A DNA stretch of 63,314 bases, the filler included, from Octopus bimaculoides (taxonomy: Eukaryota), in assembly GCF_001194135.2 (NCBI RefSeq). It is 5 parts of 5 records of this genome, joined end to end, with 100 filler letters (N's around TTAATTAATTAA, not from the genome) between each part and the next. Parts side by side here need not be neighbours in the genome. Positions count along the whole stretch, not along the records: positions 51,237 to 58,691 come from NC_069004.1; positions 58,792 to 60,838 come from NW_026296920.1; positions 60,939 to 63,314 come from NC_068988.1; 2 more parts are not named here. The stretch is one strand, 5' to 3'. Positions 53,669-63,314 of this stretch are shown here, piece by piece; position 1 is the stretch's first letter; every line of letters starts with the position of its first letter. A program made the position numbers and the translations under genes. The notes beneath the pieces were generated by a model. It was not told the origin of the DNA. It did not search any database and was given only the letters and a program-made list of their open reading frames with translations.

Positions 53669-54064
53669 TTATTAGCATTGACAGTCCACCGAAGACTAAG
53701 CGTTTGAAATGTTTTTTTGCCTCCCTTCTAAGAATTAAGTTCGCAAATTAACCACCCTTCGTCTATGCAGGACTTTCCTGAACCCTTGTTAGGTCCAGGG
53801 ACGGGGATGGGGGTACAATCTTAATAAAACCGCGCTGTTTTGGTTTCGTCTTCGTAAAGTTAATTTATGGTAGACTGCAAATAAATTCTCCTCTTACTAT
53901 TTATGTCTCCTGGATAAGACGTCAGTCTCCCACTGCAAGTAAACACCTCTATAAATTTGTTTCTATATGCGACCTATCGGAACGAACGTAAGGAAAACCT
54001 TGCAGTAACTGGTTGGTTATCCCAACGGCCATTATCTTCACCTCAACTCACTGAAAAAATAAAA

Positions 54065-54097
<33 letters not shown>

Positions 54098-54892
54098 CAG
54101 TAACTAAGAAAAAGTTGGTTGGTAGCTGTATTTGAATTGAGAAAAATAAAAATAAGTATATAAAAAACTACACCAGAACTACTCCGACCTCACTGATCGG
54201 TACAACAGACCAGCCAACCTAAATTCTGGAAGTTTTGACGTCATTGTTGCCTTTATATATAAAGTATGTTTGTATGTCGAAAATGATGGGCAGGTGGTAG
54301 ATTAGCGAGTTGTATTAGTTGTGGTGGTGGTGGTGGTGGTAGTTGAACTGGGGGAAGTAAGAGAAGAAAAGGCGAGCGGAAAAAAAAAATCTTGTAAAAG
54401 ACAATGTGTCTGGAAATTTAAATAAAATACAATAAGATAAATGGAATTAAAATATAATCAGTAATAAATAAATACAAAAAATACGGTAATTTTTGCCAAA
54501 TTCTTTCGAAATGATTAAAAGGAGAAAAAGAAAGAAAAAAAGCCAAAGATATTTGAAGAAAATAAATGAAAGAGAGAGAGAGAGAGATAGTGAAAGAGGG
54601 AGAGAAAGATTGAGAGAGAGAGAGAGAGAGAAAGAGAAAGAGAGAGAGATAGAGACTAGTATTAATGATGGAATTAATGTAAAGTTAATTGTCTTTAACT
54701 GAGATTCGAAACTGCATTTTAAACTCAGCTATTTTTTACCATCTTTAATGCCACGTCATCAAAAATGGGGTCTTCGACTGTGGCTTATTCCGTCTTCCTG
54801 ACAATATCGTATATTAATTTCAACCCCGCAGGTAGGGGCTGTCTTTAATGTGTAGGGTCTTAGAAGAATAAAAACAGATATTTGTTTTCTGC

Positions 54893-55072
54893 TGTTGTTG
54901 GCACTCCGTCGCTTACGACGTCGAGGGTTCCAGTTGATCCGATCAACGGAACAGCCTGCTCGTGAAATTAACGTGNNNNNNNNNNAACGGAACAGCCTGC
55001 TCGTGAAATTAACGTGTACCCTTAACGCAGTTCTCAGGGATATTCAGCGTGACACAGTGTGACAAGGCTGGC
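54893..55072 (-). mobile_element. SINE family D 3' fragment
   Basis: Reverse complement of about 53503-53668, with an internal deletion between CACGT microhomologies. Confidence 0.9.
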
Positions 55073-55203
55073 GGTGTAGGTAATAGTGTAGGCTATCTTT
55101 AACCAGTCACTTTCTGTTGTTGCTGGAATTAGTAGGCCTTGATGAGGTAAATGCTTTGTCAGTTGTGGCTTCTAGGCCTTCTACTTGTCGCTACTACCTG
55201 TAG

Positions 55204-55752
55204 TTACTGTCTTTCTAGGATCTCTATGAGGTCGGGAAACCTGCTTGATGTTTCACGCTTCACATGAGCCAACAGTTCAAAAATACCATCCCAAGCCAAT
55301 TTTCCATATTTTTATCTTGAACTAAATCCCGCCCATAGAACACATTTCATCACCCCCAGAAGCCTAGTTCTGGCATTATGTTGGTAATTTTTACTAGACC
55401 CCTCTGCATCCCCGGTAAACTGGTATCTGTATACACTGCTTCTGCATAAAACGGGTAGAGTGTTTCTGGGCTAGAATTTTCGAGTCAAAATTCACTCGTA
55501 TACAACCAAATCGGTTGGCACGGGGTCACGGGCTCCATGTATCTCTAGATTTTTTTGCACGCAGAGTTCAGCTTGCTCTGAAGATATTTGATCCAGTTTA
55601 TATCCTTTATGATATGCATATGTATACCACAGCTTTGCTCTCTGCTGTCCTAGGAGTTGCTGTGGTACCATGAGTGTAATTTTTCTTGCCGGTCTGATTC
55701 GTTTTACCTTTACCGTGTATTGATGGTTTGTTTTTTGTCCAGTGGGACTCAA
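55204..55752 (-). pseudogene. Decayed 183-codon reading frame (3 internal stops), possibly retroelement ORF1/gag; family not recognised
   Basis: One frame reads LSPTGQ...VVYE*ILTRKF*PRNTLPVL...FSSR*KYGKLAWDGIFELLAHVKRETSSRFPDLIEILERQ*. It is flanked by S/N-rich low-complexity sequence. Confidence 0.35.
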
Positions 55753-57090
55753 TCAACAGTTTTTGTAACGCCAGCAAATGACTGGCTTCTACTGCTGTTA
55801 CTGCTGTTGCTGGTGCCTTTATTGTAGTAGTTGCTGCTGCTACTGCTGCCAATGCTTATTATTGATGTGGTGGTAGCAGCGCCATTGCTCCTACGACAGT
55901 TTGTTGCTACTGAGGCGGTAACAATGGCAATGAATTATCCTTCCTCCTGCCGATGGCAGAGACCTTATTATTATCCGATACTCTCTTTGAAGCTTCGTTG
56001 CTGTTACTGTTATCTTCGTTGCTGTTGCTTGTCATTAACACGGCTGTGGTGTTGTGTAACGGGAGGTGTTGACTGTGAATTAATCACAGTCAATTTCTAT
56101 GTCTTGCTGACCCGCCGGCAAAGACGGAAAGGTAGAAGGCCATAAAGGAAATTGTTTTAATTAAAAAAAAAGTTTCCTTTTGCAAAATTTGGTCTCGTAG
56201 GACGAATAACAAAAAGATCGACCTGACCCTTTGTTGTGTCGACACCCCCAGGCGAAGAAGTAGGATCTCCCAAGACATATAAATAGAGGTAGTCTGGCCG
56301 TGGTAGGAGTGTTGAGTAGCAGTCGAGTAGCAGTTGTGTAGCAGTTGAGTAGAGATCATCCGAAGGTGCTAGATAGCAGTAGCTTGAAACATAACACCCT
56401 TATAGTCTTGTTCGGTTTAACAACAAGGTAACAACAATGACATTGGCAAACACAATACCATGGAAAGAAAAAACAAGACACAAGCTTTACGGAGCTTCTA
56501 AATCACGTTCTGCTACGGAAATGAACAACAGCAGAATTATTTCATTGTACCAGTAATACAGCGAAGATGTAGGAGTGAAATTCTGCTGACAATGCTTTTG
56601 CGACTACTGCAAATAATTGGCTCCATATTTAGTCAAGAGATTACTGAAAGTGTGGATAACGGCTCATTTAATTTCTATAGATAATAGCAAATATTTTGCT
56701 ATTAAAAGTTTTTGCCTCAAATTTTTACTCTTATATCTACATTAGAAATTATTATTAAAAGAAATCAGAATTGGATGACAGCAGAGTGGAATAAACGGTA
56801 GAATGTCGGACTAAATGCGTTTCTTTTGTTTTCGTCTAAAACTCAAATATCAAACCGACTTTTCTTTTCGGCTCTCCAAGATAGAGGTTACAAATGGCGG
56901 TAGTTGTATTGTTACAGCTAACATGATCCTTCAGTAGAAATATGCGATTTGGTGTCAAAATTAGAAGCAGTTATTTTCAGGTGAAGGATCAAAATAGTGG
57001 GGCGCCGAATTTGATGAGTCTACTTTTGTTGTCTCATTCGAATTGAAATCCAACTGGCATCAGTAGTTTCCATTATTCTGGTTTAATTTA

Positions 57091-57310
57091 GGGCGATGGT
57101 TTGGCAGAAGCGTTAGAGCATCGGACAATGTATGTACTTTGTAGTAATTATTCTAGCTTTCTGCTCCTGAGTTCAAATCCTTTCAAAGTCAACCAAGGTT
57201 TGTATTCTTCCGTGGTCAATAAAATAAAGTACCAAACAATCAAATACTGGAATCAACATAATCGATTGTTCCCTCCACCAAATTTCTTGCCTTCTGTCCT
57301 CACAAGAAAA
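57091..57310 (+). mobile_element. SINE family B (diverged)
   Basis: TTGGCAGAAGCGTTAGAGCATCGG head, GAGTTCAAATCC B-box, GGTCAATAAAATAAAGTACCA. Confidence 0.75.
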
Positions 57311-57431
57311 CATTGGTTTATTTTGAAACTAGTATACCAATTAAATGGTTTATTTTGAAACTAGCATACCAGTTCAGGTGATAGGTACCTAAAGTCACAG
57401 TATTTTCATCATATTTCCAAGCAGTATTATT

Positions 57432-57530
57432 TTTCTTTTTTTCTTGTTTCAGTCATTAGACTGCGGCCATGCTGGAGCGCTTTCTTGAAAAGATTTCAGT
57501 CGAGCGAATCAACACCAGTACTTTTTTTTA
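57432..57530 (-). mobile_element. SINE family A 3' tail
   Basis: TTTCAGTCATTAGACTGCGGCCATGCTGGAGC. Confidence 0.85.
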
Positions 57531-58351
57531 AANNNNNNNNNNNNNNNNNNNNNNNNNNNNNNNNNNNNNNNNNNNNNNNNNNNNNNNNNNNNNNNNNNNN
57601 NNNNNNNNNNNNNNNNNNNNNNNNNNNNNNNNNNNNNNNNNNNNNNNNNNNNNNNNNNNNNNNNNNNNNNNNNNNNNNNNNNNNNNNNNNNNNNNNNNNN
57701 NNNNNNNNNNNNNNNNNNNNNNNNNNNNNNNNATAGGCGTTCTCTTAATGCTGGAAAACCTAATACTAAACAGAAGAAAATCTGTAGACAATTAACTTAC
57801 ATTATCAATAATTAAAGAATGAAATTTAAAAAAAAAAAAAAACAAGAAGAAATAATTCTGAAACTATTTGAGTTGATGACATATCTTTAGAAAAAGGGGT
57901 CGGCTTTTGTATGTAGGTCAATGAACCTTATTAAAGGTGTTGGGTGAAATTCTCTCATCATATTTTTTTCGGTTCGTTTTTATGTAGTCCAAAGTATCGC
58001 AGGGTCGGTTAGTCTTTTAGTTCTCCTTGGATATAAACAATAACTGTTACATGTTAGACAACTACCATGTGGCAAAAAACCAGCCATAACCTTCCTTCGC
58101 TATCATCACCATCATCATCATCATCATCATCATCCTCATCATCATCTGTTGCGGCTGCTTCAGCGGTAATACAAACGCTCCACCCATCCCCTGTCTTTCC
58201 CTCCTCACCCCCGTTCCTTCTCCACTTTCATCAACTTCTCTAATATTCTAATGGACTGGAATTTCAAGAATAAGACACATGAAGGATATTTTGGCAGCAT
58301 CCACTGAATAAGTAAATAACTAGATAAACAAAATAAGTATCTTTGTATGTG

Positions 58352-58388
<37 letters not shown>

Positions 58389-58519
58389 ATACATGTACAT
58401 ATATGTGCAATTATATTTATTAAATATGTAATATATACATATACATATATAACATACATATATATGTGCAATTATATTCATTAAATACGCAATACGTAAT
58501 ATGTATGTATCTATAATAA

Positions 58520-58649
58520 ATGAAACATTCATTAAATACTACAAAACGTACGCGTAGGACAGACACAAGGACCCTAATGTTTTATCGACCATTAGGGTCC
58601 TTGTCTCTGTTCTACATGTACGTTTTGTAGTATTTAATGAATTTTTCAT
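58520..58649. other. Near-perfect 60-bp inverted repeat with 10-nt loop (hairpin)
   Basis: Arms 58520-58579 and 58590-58649 differ at 5 positions. Confidence 0.95.
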
Positions 58650-59084
58650 AAATGGAATAACTGAACGCCACGCATTCCGACTTTTGTTATCNNNNNNNNN
58701 NNNNNNNNNNNNNNNNNNNNNNNNNNNNNNNNNNNTTAATTAATTAANNNNNNNNNNNNNNNNNNNNNNNNNNNNNNNNNNNNNNNNNNNNCTATATATA
58801 CAGGTAGACGTAGGTATGCACATACCTGTACGTATATATTACATATACTCATTTATTATTGTTTATATACATATATATATACATGGAGAGAGAGAGAGAG
58901 AGAACAGACGTGCTTTTCTCTCACCTATCGTTTCTCTTTTCAGAAAAAATTGTTTCTCCCAGCATTCATTAATTTCCTCTCGTTCTGGTCTAACGACCCT
59001 GCATGTTTGTTTTCGTTCGCTTTCCTTGTATATCTCCACTGTCATATTTTTGTTCCCAACTTTGACCCTCCATAAATCCTATTG

Positions 59085-59295
59085 TCATTGAATGCTCGAC
59101 CATTTGGCCCTCCATAAATCATATTCTCGTTGAATGCTCGAAATGAAGAGTAGATAGACAGCCGACAACTGATGAAGGGTCTTTTCTCTGTGTTTACTTG
59201 TCCTATTTTCTCGTTGTTTATATATTTCGCTCGTTTTCCCTCGTTTGTTTCCGTATTTCATGTTATTTGCACTGTAGGTGACGTCCTGTACCCAT
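59085..59295 (+). mobile_element. Probable Penelope-like end with broken hammerhead halves
   Basis: TTGAATGCTCGAAATGAAGAG followed by ACTGATGAAGGG and a T-rich tail abutting (TA)n. Confidence 0.4.
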
Positions 59296-60415
59296 ATATA
59301 TNNNNNNNNNNNNNNNNNNNNNNNNNNNNNNNNNNNNNNNNNNNNNNNNNNNNNNNNNNNNNNNNNNNNNNNNNNNNNNNNNNNNNNNNNNNNNNNNNNN
59401 NNNNNNNNNNNNNNNNNNNNNNNNNNNNNNNNNNNNNNNNNNNNNNNNNNNNNNNNNNNNNNNNNNNNNNNNNNNNNNNNNNNNNNNNNNNNNNNNNNNN
59501 NNNNNNNNNNNNNNNNNNNNNNNNNNNNNNNNNNNNNNNNNNNNNNNNNNNNNNNNNNNNNNNNNNNNNNNNNNNNNNNNNNNNNNNNNNNNNNNNNNNN
59601 NNNNNNNNNNNNNNNNNNNNNNNNNNNNNNNNNNNNNNNNNNNNNNNNNNNNNNNNNNNNNNNNNNNNNNNNNNNNNNNNNNNNNNNNNNNNNNNNNNNN
59701 NNNNNNNNNNNNNNNNNNNNNNNNNNNNNNNNNNNNNNNNNNNNNNNNNNNNNNNNNNNNNNNNNNNNNNNNNNNNNNNNNNNNNNNNNNNNNNNNNNNN
59801 NNNNNNNNNNNNNNNNNNNNNNNNNNNNNNNNNNNNNNNNNNNNNNNNNNNNNNNNNNNNNNNNNNNNNNNNNNNNNNNNNNNNNNNNNNNNNNNNNNNN
59901 NNNNNNNNNNNNNNNNNNNNNNNNNNNNNNNNNNNNNNNNNNNNNNNNNNNNNNNNNNNNNNNNNNNNNNNNNNNNNNNNNNNNNNNNNNNNNNNNNNNN
60001 NNNNNNNNNNNNNNNNNNNNNNNNNNNNNNNNNNNNNNNNNNNNNNNNNNNNNNNNNNNNNNNNNNNNNNNNNNNNNNNNNNNNNNNNNNNNNNNNNNNN
60101 NNNNNNNNNNNNNNNNNNNNNNNNNNNNNNNNNNNNNNNNNNNNNNNNNNNNNNNNNNNNNNNNNNNNNNNNNNNNNNNNNNNNNNNNNNNNNNNNNNNN
60201 NNNNNNNATATATATATATATATAAAGTAACAAAATGAGGAAAAGAAATCCTTCAAAGGGGTGTGTTAAACATCCAATTCAGTTGTACGTCAGTTGAATA
60301 CCATATAAATATTGGTATAATGCAATTATAAAGATAAATCAAATAGAGAGATACTATTAACAAATAATTCATTTATATTACAATATTACATGACATACTA
60401 TAAATATAATATAAC

Positions 60416-60762
60416 ACTAGCAATGCATCCCATAGTTGCCCGGGTGTTATGACCTACAGGCACATTATATTATTTGCTCCTTTCTTATGGGCAGAATCGA
60501 CACCACTGATATATAGTTAATGGCACAATGGAGGTTATTGTTCGTTTGAAAGTGAAGGTGGGTGCATGGGTTTGCATGAAAGTGCTTTTTGTTCTTAAGA
60601 TGGATCACAAACTATGTATTGTTTCATCGTATAAAAGGGGGTTAATACGATTTTGACCAGAAATCACGTTTTCAAAATTTTAATTTCCTCCCATCCTCAC
60701 TGCAATTTCTTAATTTGTAACTTTTTCGAATTTTTTTTTTTTTTTAGTATATATATACGTAG
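60416..60762 (+). mobile_element. Helitron/Helentron-like non-autonomous element
   Basis: 5' ACTAGC...CCC...GTTGCCCGGG subterminal inverted motif and 3' TTT..TATATATA..TAGA; from recalled family structure only. Confidence 0.45.
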
Positions 60763-60938
60763 AAAATATAGAGCTTACGAATCTTGGAAATACATATATT
60801 TTTTATAGTTTAATTTTTCTTAAAGAAACACTCAATGCNNNNNNNNNNNNNNNNNNNNNNNNNNNNNNNNNNNNNNNNNNNNTTAATTAATTAANNNNNN
60901 NNNNNNNNNNNNNNNNNNNNNNNNNNNNNNNNNNNNNN

Positions 60939-61002
<64 letters not shown>

Positions 61003-61192
61003 GCATATATATATATACGTGTATATGTGTGTATACATATATGTATGCATATATATTTATATCGATAGATATACATGTATATACATATATACATATAGAT
61101 ATGTACACATATATATACATATATATGCATATATATACATACATATATATATACACACACATATATATATACATATATATATACATATATAT

Positions 61193-61283
<91 letters not shown>

Positions 61284-61490
61284 TATATACCCACATATAC
61301 ATACATATATATATATATATACATATATATATACCCACATATACATACATTCATACACATGCTCGCACACACACACACACACACATACACACACTTACAC
61401 ACACATATATATATGTATGTAAGTATATATGTATATATATTTCTACAGCTGAATGAACTGGAACAACATACATGCATACATGCATACATA
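60939..61490. repeat. Long (TA)n/(CATA)n/(CA)n compound microsatellite
   Basis: Directly visible. Confidence 0.98.
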
Positions 61491-62108
61491 CATATTGAAC
61501 CGTATCCTTTTTCTTACAACCTAACAGTTAAATCGTCTACCATTTTGAATCATCAACTCTCAGCTCTCCTAATGTCCTATTTTTTTCCCTTTTCATGTTT
61601 GTTGTATATTTTCATTAAATTCAGTAGTTTTCCTTTTATTTGCATCCATCTTAATTAAAACTTTTATAGCTTTATGTTTTTAATCTAACAAATAAACAAC
61701 TTGAAATGTTATGCCACCGTTACTTAAGCACGAAATCAATAAAAGAAAACTGTTCGCTTTTTTTAATATCTAATTTAAAATCGCTTCATATATTCTACGG
61801 TTGCTTGTTTCTTATCGGAACTTATTACTAGAGGATTAGTTTAAAGGATTAAAAAGATATATTACAATCAAGACTACCAAGATGAAACTAAGAATAATGT
61901 TGTTTTGGAGATTAAAAGTTGTGTTTTATCGCTCTTAACATCAAATCAACTTTGATCAAGCAACCCCATGATCAAATGCGTTCGAATTGTGACATTCAAA
62001 ACGTTTTTCTACAATGTAAGAATTTTTAATGTTTTCCAGCATTTTTAAGAGGGCAGTTCGTAGCATAGACAGAGGATGGCGATAAGGCCGGCATTTTTGG
62101 ATCTGTCG

Positions 62109-62235
62109 CAAATATCCTCTTCTTCTTCTTCTTCTTCTTCTTCTTCTTCTTCTTCTTCTTCTTCTTCTTCTTCTTCTTCTTCTTCTTCTTCTTCTTCTTC
62201 TTCTTCCTCTTCGCTTCTCTTTCCTCTTCTACTGC
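62109..62235. repeat. (CTT)n microsatellite
   Basis: Directly visible. Confidence 0.98.
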
Positions 62236-63314
62236 TTCTTCATTCCCTAACCATACATGTATCCACTTTGGTATCGACACTGTACTCGCCTTGTACATAC
62301 CAAAGGGTGCAGAAATATATAATATTTCACACTCTTATAATATATACACACACATTATGTAATAAAAGTGTTAAATATTATGATACATACACACACATGC
62401 ATACATATATGCACACATAAATGTATGTGTATATATACATATATATTATTTATATAATATTATATAATTTATATAATATTAATATAATATTATATAATAT
62501 TTCACACTATATAATATTTCACACTTTTCACACTCTATTTACATTTTCATTTTTATTCACCTTTTTGTTTATAAGCAAAGACATAAAGCCTGCTAAGCTC
62601 AAAATGTAAGAACGCACCTTTGATGCAGGTCTGAGGAAGTGCCATTCTAATGTCTAAAACCGCAAATATTACGTAAATTTTTACTTTAGCGCGAACTAGC
62701 GTTGAAAGCAGAGAAGGCACAGAAACGATTGTAATTCATCATTAAGGACAACTTGCTAAAGTTTTTGTCTTCTTATTCGAATCATTCATGTGTGCGTAGG
62801 TTATTTATTTACTACTTATATAAAAATATTTCATATTTGTTTTCCAGGGTGTGGCATTTTTTTCCTTTACGTGGACCATGGGAGAAGTCTTATGCAAAGC
62901 TGTTCACTATTTGCAGAATGTGTCCATGCTTTGTTCCGTTTTCACATTAACGGTCATCAGCATAGAGAGGTAAGGATCATTTTCTGAATGCGTAGCTTCT
63001 GTCATTCCATGTCATTCCATGTCATTCCGTGTCATTTTATGCAGAATGCTACATTTTAAAATCCTTTGATGGAAAACTAAATGTCGTTTTTTTTTTCATT
63101 AAAAAAAAACTCAAACTTTTATACACTATTATTAGTAGCTTTAACATTATACTCTTTAATCTCAAGCCTAAAGCATGTGTATATTGAGTTCTACCAAATG
63201 GTTCTTAGTATCGCTGTGCCTGAGCGAAATCATAAAATATATCGATATATATCTATCTATTAAAATATATATATATATATTCATAACTACATGAATACGT
63301 TCACACATACGTAC

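Noticed and set aside
54236-54264. CRE palindrome TGACGTCA next to CTTTATATATAAAG
   Set aside because: A single 8-mer is expected roughly once by chance in a window this size; no supporting exon.
54945-55016. 31-bp direct repeat AACGGAACAGCCTGCTCGTGAAATTAACGTG
   Set aside because: The copies flank a 10-N gap exactly; this is an unmerged contig overlap.
63001-63040. GTCATTCCAT x4 and other short direct repeats as CRISPR-like arrays
   Set aside because: No spacers, eukaryotic context and no cas genes; simple tandem repeats.

Overview
This is AT-rich eukaryotic genomic DNA from a gappy short-read scaffold with many N runs and artificial TTAATTAATTAA gap linkers. The dense microsatellites and the tRNA-derived SINE families look like a coleoid cephalopod, most likely Octopus; that assignment is an inference. 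No intact host protein-coding gene can be supported, and nearly all listed ORFs are microsatellite or N artefacts. The window is a graveyard of mobile DNA: four SINE families (about 25 copies), an RTE LINE interrupted by a Charlie-like hAT element, two R4/Dong-like RLE LINE fragments (one embedded in (CATA)n), mariner DD34D and maT/DD37D transposase relics, Penelope-like ends and a Helitron-like element. The best leads are: a minimal type-I hammerhead ribozyme motif (40228-40263, minus strand); a 60-bp-stem hairpin (58520-58649); a perfectly retained AG|GT recursive-splice-like 20-mer in both copies of an old tandem duplication (7219, 8723); a CpG-rich unique island with a cleanly bounded 54-nt candidate exon (32236-32289); an isolated 28S rRNA fragment; microsatellite-targeting elements; and convergent SINE pairs that could form dsRNA. 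Many element boundaries are approximate, read by eye.
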